DNA of 64,000 nucleotides. It comes from Hemiscyllium ocellatum (lineage: Eukaryota). The DNA is taken from assembly GCF_020745735.1 (NCBI RefSeq), contig NC_083425.1, forward strand, positions 43,263,575-43,327,574. Reading direction: 5' to 3'. Made by a program: the position numbers and the translations under genes. Below, piece by piece: positions 52,615 through 64,000 of this stretch. The stretch's first letter is position 1, and every line of letters starts with the position of its first letter. The notes under the pieces were generated by a model. That model searched no databases and had not been told where the DNA came from. It worked only from the letters and a program-made list of their open reading frames with translations.

Positions 52615-52893
52615 TGCCTCACAGTGCCAGAGACCCAGGTTCAATTCCCGCCTCAGGCGACTCTCTGTGTGGAGTTAGCACATTATCCCCGTGTCTGTGT
52701 GTGTTTCCTCCGGGTGCTCCGGTTTCCTCCCACAATCCAAAATGTGCAGGTTAGGTGAATTGGTCATGCTAAATTACCCGTAGTGTTAGGTGTAGGGGAA
52801 TGGGTCTGGGTGGGTTACGCTTTGGCGGATTGGTGTGGACTCGTTGGGCCGACGGGCCTGTTTCCACACTGTAAGTAATCTAATCTAATCTAA
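52615..52893 (+). mobile_element. HE1-like SINE, 5'-truncated
   Basis: B box, V-domain and (taatc)n tail. Confidence 0.9.
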
Positions 52894-54454
52894 TTGCATG
52901 GGATATTCTTTATCAAACCATGCTGACTCTCTCTTATTAATTATATTTACTCAAGTAATTTGCTCTTCAAAGATGAGTTCTACTATTTTTGTTATGACAT
53001 TCTCCGACTTTGCAAGCCTATGAAAATGAATAACTGAATTCAGTGAATGCTCTTCAAAGAAAAGAAGGCCACACTCACATATAGTAAACACAGTGGCATA
53101 GTGCTGTGCTTTACATTTTGGAAAATCTGTCAATGCTGTTAAAATCTATGCAAGAATGTCGACTTTGGACATACTTATTAGTAGCTCAGCATGAATCCTA
53201 GTTTAGCAAAGTGAATAAAATGCACAAAGCTGGTCTATTCACTGAGCAGGAATTGACTATGATATGAAATCTGCTAACACGTACAATATTTATGGTTTCA
53301 ATATACCGTCTATTATACATCCCATATTGCAAGGCAATTGTGCTGACGAGAATTCCATGGTGTTTTTCTTTTGCTGATTCACAAATGTAACAGGGAAGAT
53401 TAGTGTGAACTAGGAACAGCAGACAGAGCAACTGCAGTTCCTCATGTGAACTGTGCATTACAAACAGCTTGGATTTATGTATAAATAGAAAATTTATAGT
53501 ATTTCCATCGCAGCTTTTGCAACCCAGGACATTGCAAAAGCACTTTACAGCAACTGATATTTTTGAAGCCTAAGTACTGTTGTATTGCAGAAAATGTGGA
53601 AACTTCTGCTATTTGAGATTTGATAATGACCAGATAAACTGTTCTGGTGATGATGGTTGTGGGATAAATAATGGCCAAAACATCCCTGGTTGACTCACAT
53701 GTTCTTCTATCATAGTGCCATTGTTTTTTCAGAGAGTGTCAACTTTCCATCCAATGGAAATAGATGTCAAGATTTAGTTCAAAGAAAATCTAAACAATTT
53801 CATATCTCTTAAAATAGAAATTAAATTTAGGTGAATGCACTCAAAGAACTCAGCCTAATTAATACAAAGAGGGGTTTTCATATGCGTAGATGCTCTTATC
53901 AGAAAGCACCACATTAGATTTTTGATACAGTTATCATGCAGACAGGCTGTGAATTGCTTAATATGGCAGCACCTTGTAAAGACAACTAATTAAATGTTTA
54001 TCAGACAGTTTGATTAACTCAAAACCACTCAAGGACAAAACAGAGAATATATAATTTTCTTTCGCAGAAGCAAGCCATGAATATTTGTGAGTTGAGGTTT
54101 ACAACAGAGTCCTTGCTAACTAACAAAATTCATTCCTATTTTGAATATCATTTCTGCATTTGACTGGAGTTTTATAACATTTTAGTTATTTGGCCACTTT
54201 CTTTTTCCTTTTGGAACAATTTGCCTTTTGTGCTTCAAATTATCTAAAGAAAAGCTGAATACCATGTTGAAATTGCATGAGCCCTCTCAAATGACTAAAT
54301 CATCGTGCTTGCAATTAAAACAGCTGTAGAGACACTGCAGTAGAGTCAGCCCAAGATGTCTGTACTGTGCTGGCTCTTTCAAAGAATTGTCCAATTCATG
54401 ATGCTTTCTGCTCTTTCTCCACAATCATACAGTCTTCTCTATTCAAATACAAAG

Positions 54455-55085
54455 AGTAATAGAGTCATAGAGATGTACAATATGGAAACAGACCCTTTGG
54501 TCCAACTCATCCACGCCAACCAATCTGGTCTCACCTGCCAGCACCCAGCCCATATCCCTCCAAACCCTTCCTTTTCATATACCCATCCAGATGCCTTTTA
54601 AATGTTGCAATCATACTAGCCTCCACCACTTCCTCTGGCAGCTCATTCCATACACATAACACCCTCTGTGTGAAAATATTGCCCCTCTGTGTGAAAATAT
54701 CTTTCTCCTCTCACCCTAAACCTATGCCCTCTAGTTCTGGACTCCCCCACCCCAGGAAGAGACTTTGTCTATTTATCTTATCCATTCCTCTCATGATTTT
54801 ATAAAACCTCTATAAGGTTACTCCTCAGCCTCTGATGTTCCAGGAAAAACAGCCCCAGCCTATTCAAACTCTCCCTCCAGCTCAAATCCTCCAATCCTGG
54901 AAACATCTTTGTAAATCTTTTATGAACCTCTTCACAACATCCTTCTGATAGGAAGGAGACCAGAATTGCATGCAGAATTCCAAAAGTGGCCTAACTAATG
55001 TCCTGTACATCTGCAACATGACCTCCCAACTCCTGCACTCAATACATTGACCTATAAAGGAAAGCATACCTTCTTCACTATATCT
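54455..55085 (-). mobile_element. CR1/HER1 3' fragment
   Basis: VMLQMYRTLVRPLLEFCMQFWSP and an agagtcatagag tail. Confidence 0.88.
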
Positions 55086-55142
55086 GAATGCTTTTTGCAA
55101 GCTATATTAAATCTGCATCCTTTGCCCTCACAGGTAGTGCAT

Positions 55143-55469
55143 GAGGGGAGGTGAAGCCCAGTGGTATTATCACTGGACTGTTAATCCAGAAACCAAAGTC
55201 ATGTTCTGGGCACCCATGTTCAAATCCTGCCAAAGCAGGTCGTAGAGTTTGAATTCAGTGAAAATCCTCAATTAACTGTCTAATAATGACCATGAATCCA
55301 TTGGCAATTGTCAGAAAGGGAAACTGCCATCCATAGCTGGCCTGGCCCATCCTTGGCTCCAGACCCACAGCAAAGTGGTTGACTCTTAACAGGCCTCAGG
55401 GCAATTAGGGATGGGTGATAAATGCTGGCCTAGTCAGTGACACCCTCATCCAGTGAATGAATAAAAAAA
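55143..55469 (+). mobile_element. tRNA-derived SINE (non-HE1) with an L2/Crack-like tail
   Basis: A/B boxes cccagtggta and gttcaaatcc. Tail gggcaattagggatgggtgataaatgctggcc...aataaaaaaa matches the LINE end at 18110-18190. Confidence 0.75.
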
Positions 55470-55556
55470 GATCATGACAACTTGCTGCATTAAAAAAATC
55501 ACCTTTCCTTGGTTTTTTTTACCCAATTTATTTAAATCTGTGTAGTCTGATTATTA

Positions 55557-55649
55557 GCTGAAAATGTGTTGCTGGAAAAGTGCAGCAGGTCAGGCAGCAG
55601 CCAAGGAACAGGAGATTTGATGTTTCGGGCATAAGCCCTTCTTCAAGAA
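55557..55649 (-). mobile_element. PLE family A single arm (93 bp)
   Basis: Runs from the HHR 5' edge to the normal terminus. 9-bp TSD tgattatta at 55548-55556 and 55650-55658. Confidence 0.85.
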
Positions 55650-55924
55650 TGATTATTACCCTTCTTTGCAGTAGCAATTCTTTAGTTAGCAATTTAGCAA
55701 TTCTTTAGAAATTCTATCAAAACCTGTAATACATTTCCTACTAATCAGCTCTACAGAAAGGAAAATAATCTAAGATTTTTGAATCTGTCTATGTAAGCAA
55801 CAGCCATTATCCCTGGAACCTTCCTAATGTATCTTCTCTGCACCCATTCCAATTCCAAAATATTGAAATCTAAAGATGCAAGTTAATAAGTCCATAAGAA
55901 ACATGCTTGGAAAGAATTTGTTAA

Positions 55925-56240
55925 AGTATTGGAGAGACCAGAATCTGAGGGCATAGTCTCAAGAGTCAAGAGATGACCCTCTAGAACCAAGTTGAGGAGA
56001 CCTTTCTTCAGTCAGAGGATGGTGAATCTGTGGAATGCATTGCCACAGAGGGCTGTGGAGGGCAAGTCATTGTGTGTATTTAAGACAGAGATAGGGAGAT
56101 ACTTGAATGGTAAAGGGATCAAGAATTTTGGGGAAAAGGCAGGAGAATGGTGTTGAGAAATATATACGCCAGGATTGAATAGCAGAGCAGATTTGATGGG
56201 CCAACTGGTTTAATTCCATTCCTTTGTCTCATGGACTTAA
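55925..56240 (+). mobile_element. CR1 3' end
   Basis: ttcttcagtcagaggatggtgaatctgtggaatgcattgccacagagggctgtggag. Confidence 0.8.
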
Positions 56241-56466
56241 AATAAATAATTGTTCAGTGATTTCAAATTGAAACTTAATGGAATTATCATTCCTACCAGT
56301 TCTTCATGTACCAGCAGGCATAATTCTATCATGTAAGCTGGGGGTGGAATGCTCACTTTCCAGGCGCAATGTTAAAAATCAAAATAAAGCCTCCTCTTGA
56401 TGTACAAAGGCTATTCCCAGCATGGAACAGATAGTTCTGCAGATTCATCCCTGAGTCTTCTTTACC

Positions 56467-57480
56467 ATATTTTCTAATCAACTCGTTCAGAAAAGTCATT
56501 CTACACCTCAGGAGCAGATGGAACTTGAACCTGGGCCTCCTGGCTCAGAGGCAGGGACATTATCGCTGCACCACAAGAATCCGCAGGCCACTGTACCTTA
56601 AGTAAAAAAATCAAAAGAACTGCAGGAGCTGTCAAGCAGAAACAAAAATAGAAGTTGCTTGAAAAGCTCAACAGGTCTGGCAGCATCTGTGAAGAGAAAT
56701 CAGAATTAACAGTTTGAGTTCGGTGACCCTACATCAGAACCAATCCCGAAATGTTAACTCTGATTTCTCTTCACAGATGCTGTCAGACCGGCTAAGCTTT
56801 TACAGCAACTTCTGTTTTTTTGTCTACTTTATCTTATTTTCTAATCGCCTGTGAAGTGAGATGCTATCTGGAGCAGGTGGGACTTGAACCTGGACTTCCT
56901 GCCTTAGAGATAGGGACACTACCACTGTGCCACAGGACTCCTTAGATCTGCTTTTTTTGTTATACCAAAAAGTGTTATCACTCACAACTGAGTGACTTTC
57001 CCATCACCAAAATCACCGTGACTTTGTTTTTACCACAAACTGCCACCAAGAAAACACCCATGTAGCTAATTAGATATTTACGAGTGAAGTCCATTGCAAG
57101 CAATTTGGGTGTTTCTTTTTCTTTTTCTGATGGGTCTGCTTTATTTATTTATTTTAAACACAATTGTCATACATCTCAGACAGTCACCTGTATCTCATCC
57201 AGATATTTTCTAATCGACTTCTTCAAGGGGAGAAGGTTGAACGTGAACCCAGGCCTCCTGGCTCAGAGATTGGCACACTACCACTATGCCACAAAAACAC
57301 CAGGGTGTACTTTATCTTCTTTAATTTTTGACCCCTCTCTGCTGATAAGTGTTATCACACACAACTGAGTGACTTTCCCTCTGACCAAAATCACCATGAC
57401 TCTTTATCTGTTTTTTTTTAACCTATTGACCACCACCAGGAAAACACACATATAGCAATCGAGTTTTTACAAGCAAAGCC
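56467..57480 (-). repeat. Degenerate tandem array of three tRNA-like heads
   Basis: Heads at ~56512-56578, 56872-56937 and 57230-57295, each preceded on + by attttctaatc. A spacer block is repeated at ~56970-57092 and ~57347-57480. Confidence 0.65.
56602..56823 (+). mobile_element. Fold-back mini-PLE, family C
   Basis: Inverted arms ~56642-56740 / 56745-56823 with a ~40-nt extension. HHR remnants catcagaac and cccgaaatgttaac. Confidence 0.7.
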
Positions 57481-57564
57481 TTTTATGGGTAATACAAACC
57501 TTCAAAGGTCAGGCGGAGTGCGGTAGGGAGACTGGGAAGGGACTACATCAAATGTAGTTGGATG

Positions 57565-57790
57565 GGAAATGAAGCACCATATTTCCACAGTGCCCACCTC
57601 TCTCTGAAAGCATCAAGAACGTTAATGCATACTACACGCTCCTTCTCCAATGTCACACAGGCATGAGTATAACCAAGGAAGAGGGGCAGACAGTCGGCAG
57701 ATATGACTCCCTCCACAGCCTGCTGCCTCGACCTGTTTAAGGCCAACCTGGTCAGGAGTAGATCTGTGAGGGAGCCCACTGATCTGCCCA
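57565..57790 (-). mobile_element. Tx1/L1-like LINE C-terminal fragment
   Basis: LALNRSRQQAVEGVISADCLPLF...LEKE...FRERWA resembles the ORF2 end of Tx1-type elements (recognised from memory). Confidence 0.55.
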
Positions 57791-60034
57791 CACCTCAGCA
57801 ACAGGTACCCTAACATCGGGGGCATAGGGCTGAAATTTAACTAAAACACAACAAAACATGTTTCAAATAACTAAAAAGGGAGTGCAAACACCCACTGGGC
57901 CTGCTTCATAAAGGGCTCAGGTGATGAGATTCAGGCTAAACAGGCATTTCCTGTTTTCAGGGAAACACATACTCCACACATACCACAGGGGGATGAATTA
58001 AGGATTTTCCCATGGGCCTTGTAGAGGCTATTACAATGACAACACCATCTATCCATATCCTGAAACCTGTGCAGTCAAAGTTCACCTACCCCATGTTCTC
58101 TTTCATTGAGTTCAACTGGCCTGTTGGCAGCATATCCTGCATGACCCAAAAGCTATGAGTCCTGGCCTGCAGCTCCAATTGACCCTTGGCTGGATGATAG
58201 CCTTAGCTGCAGGTCTTCCAAGCTTACAGCGTCTGTTTCAATTTCCAACCCAATTCTGAGTTTATAATCTTGCCTGGGTAGAAGTGCATCCCTACCTGGA
58301 GTACATTGGGCCCAAAATAATGACCTGATTGAGGACATCTACAAAATGTCAGATGATTCAAAAGACTTGACCTACCTAAAAACAGAAAGAAAAACGGAAA
58401 ATCAAAGCTATAGTTACCCAGACCTGCATGCATGAAGTAGAGCAGCAAATATATTCCTGAGAAAGCATGGATTGGAGAATAAGGGAATGAATGACTATAA
58501 TACAAAGACATGCATTTCTTTTTCTCAAATGATTAGAAGAAACTAATTGCAAGGAACTTTATTTGAGACAAAATAAAATCATGTCAATAATGTAATTTGG
58601 ATATGTTCCTTCATAGTTTGCAGGTGGAAAGCTGGTGGTTATTGGATCAACTATCCATTATAAGTAGAATCCAGTTATCTTCACCTTTTTAGGTGTATAA
58701 GGAATAGGAAGCAATCAAACTGCAGCTATTAGTTTTCTATTCACCCATAAGTAAAAGTTAACCTCTGTGAATCTAATCTAAAATATCATGTTTAGAAACA
58801 AAAGAAAATGAGCCTTTTTTGTCATTGGACACTTCCATATCATCTGTTAAAGGAGTGATGAAACTGTGACTGCTTCTGATGGCTCTTGTTTTGAGGCATC
58901 ATACATCATGAGTACAAGATATATTTACTGCTATCTTCTTGGCATAGAATTTTGGATGAAAGAATAAGGAGACTATACTGCATGGAAAATAAGAATCTAA
59001 ATGGGTAGAAATGCAATGAGGCTTTAGGGTATGGTTACATTAATCAGCAAAAGTGCAGAGACATTGAAGTCATTATGTTATTAAAGCCATCCAATGAAGC
59101 AAAGTGCTGGGGACTATTTCTCAAGGAATAAAATTGAAACACAGAGAAGTTGAGTTAAACCAGCACTTTGTCATCACTAATTGGATTAATCCAACAGTGA
59201 CAACAAGATACCACCAACAATAATGGCACATATAACAAGATAGCTTATTTCAAGAATGTTTTGTTTGGAAATTAAAAGTCTGCCATGTTTTAAGAGATCA
59301 TAGAATTGGAGTGTGAGAAAGAATGGTGCAGAAATGCTGTCAAAGCAGAAATGGGAAGGATGTGTGAAGGGCTGAAAACCTAGGAGTTAATATGATATAA
59401 GTGTGTGCTTGTCAGAGTGAACAGATGAAATTCATTTACAGCTCAGGGAATTCACACTTAGGCTAGTGAGAATCACTTAAATTAATCATTTTACTAAGAG
59501 AATTTTATTGTGACCTCGAAACATATCTGTTGCAGCATAAATGGAAAGAAATGCAATATATTGCAGGTTCATGTCAATTCTGTTAATGGGTTTACTTCTC
59601 TTTCCATTACAGTGAGGTTTTAATTGCACTATACTGTAAGGATTTATTCTCTGACATACACCATTTTATAGCCGAGTACATTCTTTTTATTAGAGAAACC
59701 TTGGGAGAGGCCAGCCCACTGTGCAGGACGATTAAGTTAGGAAGAACGGAAGAGCGGAGAAGTCAAGTCAGGAAATACAGTTAAATGATATAAAATTTGT
59801 GCTATAAGGACCTGAATTTTAATCCAAAAAGGCACATCTGTTTTTAGTGAGGTCAATGAATCAGTCTGAGAAATCCATTTCCTGATGCAAACCAGTCTCC
59901 CACTCATTTCTAACATTGACAAAGGCTCGATCGTAACTGCATAACAATCTGATTGAAGAAGACAGGTTACAATTTTAAATATAATAATGAGACTCAGGAC
60001 CTTATTGCCATTCAGATTTTTGATTTTGGCTATT

Positions 60035-60455
60035 CACAGAATCACAGATATATGATAGCACAGAAAGAAGGCATTCAGCTCTTTGAGCCTGTAACGACTC
60101 TTCAAAGACCATTACCCACTGCCATGTCCTGTTTTCTTCTCATACCCTTGCCCATGTAATCATCCAATGCCCTCTTGAATGGCTCAAATGAACCTGCCTT
60201 CACCACATTTCCAGGCAGTGTATTCCGTATCCTAACTACTTGCTGTGCAAAAGACTGTCTCACATCACCCTTCCTTTTTTTGAGCATCACTTTAAATCTC
60301 ATTTGTGTTTTTTTTACAAGCAGGAATAGACCGTCCCTATCTACTTTATCTAGTCCACTTATAATTTTGAATACCTCTACCAAATTTCCTCCTAGCCTTC
60401 CTCTCTCTAGGGAGAACAGTCCCAACTTCTTCAATCTATCTTCATCACTGAAGTT
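60035..60455 (-). mobile_element. CR1 3' end
   Basis: RLKKLGLFSLERGRLGGNLVEVFKII. Confidence 0.85.
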
Positions 60456-60939
60456 CTCAGCTGGGATTGCAGGTAACTTCACCAAGGTGGAAGCTTGGCA
60501 GATTCAGGAGGTAAGTGCCTTTACATTTAGATCCCAGGATTCCTGAGCAGTTTCTATGATCATTCACCCATACATGCTTCCCCAAAACCTTTTCACAGTA
60601 AGGCCTCACGTGGAGGTCACCTGATCAACCAACCATTATTGGAAATCGACTACCCTTTGTCTCCTCTCCCAACAACTACCCATCCTCACTGGCTTGGACT
60701 TAGAAATGTTGTCGCCTTCACAACTAGTTCCTTGTGTGACTGGAAGTCAATCTGTCAATCATGGCAAGAAACTGCTGTCTATGGGTTTGAAAGAGTTAAC
60801 ATCAAGAAGTGCCAAAAGTGCCAATCACCACTGTCATCTAAAATTGACTTGTGGGTTCAACAACCCAAGTTCTTGAAGTGGTAAGATCTAACACTTGTTC
60901 CTTCTCAAAGTCCTTGTCATATTGTCTACCATATCATAA

Positions 60940-61545
60940 TATTGGAACAGGAGAAGCGCTATTCAGTCCTTAATACTGCCCAAGCATTCAATTAGGTCAT
61001 GCCTGATCTCTCTCTCTCCACACTACCTCCAATGACTAAATGATATTCATCACTATAAACTTAGCAATTTCTGTTTTGATTCTGCTCAATGATTGAAACT
61101 TCATCACACTCTGTGGTAAAGAATTTGAAAGATTCACTATCCTCTGATTGAAGGAATTCCTCCTCATCTACATTTTAAATGACATATCATATCCCTGGTC
61201 TATGGTTACCTGCCGAAGAAAACATTTTAGATTTTCTTCACTCTGTCACGCCCACCTATAAAAACTTTTTAAGTTTAAACAAGATCTTTCTCATTCTTTG
61301 AAACATAAGGGAATACAAACCCTTTTACTTCAATCTCTCTGTGTAAGACTAGTTTGCTCTCCCAACAAATAATGTAGCAACTCTCCAATGAACTCTCTCT
61401 ATGGCAAATATATCCTTGCTTAGATAAGGGAGGCGAAAACTGGACACAATATTTGTGTGAGATTTTTATTCCTCTACTCCTATCCCCTTGAAAGGAATAC
61501 TGCTTATGTTTTGTCTTCCTAATTGTTTGCTGCATCTTCATGCTG
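60940..61545 (-). mobile_element. Old CR1 3' fragment
   Basis: Tail ggaacaggagaagcgctattcag and YCVQFSPP. Confidence 0.6.
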
Positions 61546-62199
61546 GCTCTAATGTTGGGATAATGCTCATCTGATCCAGGATATTTATCAACCTTTAATC
61601 CAATTATTTTTTTCTGGTACTGTCTCTTTTCTATTAATAATTTTGTTTAGTTCCTCAGTTTCATAAGTGTCTTGAAGACCTGATATTTCTGAGAGATTTT
61701 CTGTCCCCTCTGAAAACAGTGAAGAAACTGACCATTTACTTTACATCTGTTCCTACCTGTAACGAATTACATTTGTTCTTGCTAATCTTTTTCCTTTTGA
61801 TGATAGAAGCATTTATAGCCTGTTTCTCACTAACTTGCATTTCTTTTTCTCCACTTTGATCCTCCTTTGCTGGATCCTAAGTTGCTCCTAATCCTCAGCA
61901 TCCTTGGAAGTAATTTACTCTGTTCTAATCTTTAACTTCTTTTATTAATTGCCCTTTAGATACTTGTGCCCTAAAGGAATGCTTATCTGACACAAACTTT
62001 GTAGTATTTCATTAAGTATAACATTTGACTGTCTATCATCAATTTTTTTTAGTGTATTTTCACAATGCACCATAGCCAACTTGCACTTCATACTCTCATA
62101 ACCTTTGTACAGATCTAAGACTGAAGTATCAGAATAAACTATATCACATACAGACTGAATGTTAGATTCTATCATGCTATGGCCACTATTTCCCCTATG

Positions 62200-62518
62200 G
62201 ATTAGATTAGATTAGATTAGATTTACAGTGTGGAAACAGGCCCTTCGGCTCAACAAGTCCACACCGACCCGCCGAAGCGCAACCCACCCATACCCCTACA
62301 TTTACCCCTACCTAACATTACGGGCAATTTAGCATGGCCAATTCACCTGACCCGCACATCTTTGGACTGTGGGAGGAAACCGGAGCACCCGGAGGAAACC
62401 CACGCAGACACAGGGAGAACGTGCAAACTCCACACAGTCAGTCGCCTGAGTCGGGAATTGAACCTGGGTCTCAGGCGCTGTGAGGCAGCAGTGCTAACCA
62501 CTGTGCCACCGTGCCGCC
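62200..62518 (-). mobile_element. HE1-like SINE, young and full length
   Basis: CpG-rich, with an (attag)n tail and complete head. Confidence 0.92.
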
Positions 62519-62745
62519 CATGGTGCCACGGATTCTGTAAGGAAGGATTATTAATTAGCCCTTCATCTTTACACAACAGTATTTTTTTTTAAAAATCCTA
62601 ATACCTATTTGTTTCCTTTACATTTTTAGAATGGGTTCTAGAAATCCATCTCATTAAAACACCAGGAATTCATGCTCCACAACATTACTGCTGACTTCAT
62701 CAACCTAGTCTATACACAAAGTGAAGCTGTGCAGGGATTCTTCTA

Positions 62746-63102
62746 TTAGGTTAGATTACTTACTTAGATTAGATTACTTACAGTGTGGAAGCAGGCCCTT
62801 CGGCCCAACAAGTCCACACCGACCCGCCGAAGCGTAACCCACCCAGACCCATTCCCTTACACTACGGGCAATTGCTCTACATTTACTCATTTTACCTAAC
62901 ACTACGGGCAATTTAGCATGGCCAATTCACCTGATCTGCACACTTTTGTGACTGTGGGAGGAAACTGGAGCACCCGGAGGAAACCCACGCAGACACGGGG
63001 AGAACGTGCAAACTCCACACAGTCAGTCGCCTGAGTCGGGAATTGAACCCGGGTCTCTGGCGCTGTGAGGCAGCAGTTCTAACCACTGTGTCACTGTGCC
63101 GC
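62746..63102 (-). mobile_element. HE1-like SINE, young
   Basis: Near-identical to 62200-62518, with a small internal duplication (acactacgggcaatt twice). Confidence 0.92.
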
Positions 63103-64000
63103 TCAAACCATATGTGTTACATGTGTCATTATTTATAAAGTTTCCAACGTTAGCACAAGAATTTGATAGTCTATAAATAACTCCCATCAATGTTCACTTC
63201 TCCTAGCTGTATCTTAGCTCTGTTCAAACTGATTCTACATCCTTTCATTTCAGATTCTCTCTTACTTATTTAACCCGCGATTTGAAGAGCTAGCCAACTT
63301 CCATTTGTTTTTGCCTATCCATCTTAAATATTGAATATCTTTGGATATTCAGTTCCCAATTTCAGTCACCCTGTAGCCACATGAATGTATTGACAATTAA
63401 ATCATATCTGTTTACTTCCATTTGTGCGCTCGAATATTCACCACTATTGTAAATACTTTACACAAGCTGATAGAATGCCTGTAATTTAGTTTTTTTTAAC
63501 ATTATTCTCCATTTTGATTCTATTTGATTCTTGTTTCTGCTTCATCCAAATTCTTACTTGCTACTATTTTATCTACTTTTCCTAGTTTTGCTTCTCTCAA
63601 ATCTGAGCTCCCTCTAAGGTTCCCATTTCCCTGTCAATCTTCTATAAATCCTCCTCCACAGAACTGTCCGATTTCCTGCAAGAATGTTCGTATCAGTCCT
63701 GTTATGATGTAACCAGGCCATCTTATTTAGGTCCCAGCTGCTCCAGAATTGTTCCAAATGTTTGGAAACCCAATTCCTATCATTTTACTCCATTTTCTAG
63801 CCATGTATTCAATCATCAAATACTCCTTGTTCTATACGCTGTTGATATAATCTGGAGACATTCGCTGATAAGCAATAAATTTTAACTTGTTAACTATAAA
63901 GTACTCTTTTAGTTAGACCAGGAAGTGGGTTTCCTCCACAACACTAGACCAAAATGACCCTATATTTTCCTACATTTAAAGAAGATGGTGGCAGGAGCCT

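Noticed and set aside
1-64000. CRISPR arrays, operons, rRNA or prokaryotic defence systems
   Set aside because: No regularly spaced repeat-spacer array and no gene-dense coding. The content is eukaryotic retroelement DNA.

Overview
This is non-microbial DNA: an AT-rich, repeat-dense vertebrate region, almost certainly intronic or intergenic sequence from a cartilaginous fish. That assignment is inferred from the HE1-type SINEs and HER1/CR1-type LINEs. No intact protein-coding gene is present, and nearly all ORFs in the track are fragments or antisense shadows of retroelements. The window holds about 10 HE1-like tRNA SINEs, many CR1 fragments (one with an ORF1 zinc-finger/esterase), L2/Crack-like, RTE and Tx1 LINE fragments, and a decayed Ty1/Copia element whose gag-PR-IN half is inverted relative to its RT-RNaseH half. 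One plausible 63-nt host exon lies on the + strand. The most notable system is Penelope-like (PLE). At least four PLE families (called A-D here) carry a minimal hammerhead ribozyme (HHR). About ten tiny insertions (90-230 bp, several with clear 7-14 bp target-site duplications) consist only of the HHR-to-terminus segment, either as a fold-back hairpin with up to 92-bp identical arms or as a single arm. They break at or next to the 5' edge of the ribozyme. All coordinates were read by eye, and family names come from recognised motifs, not database searches.
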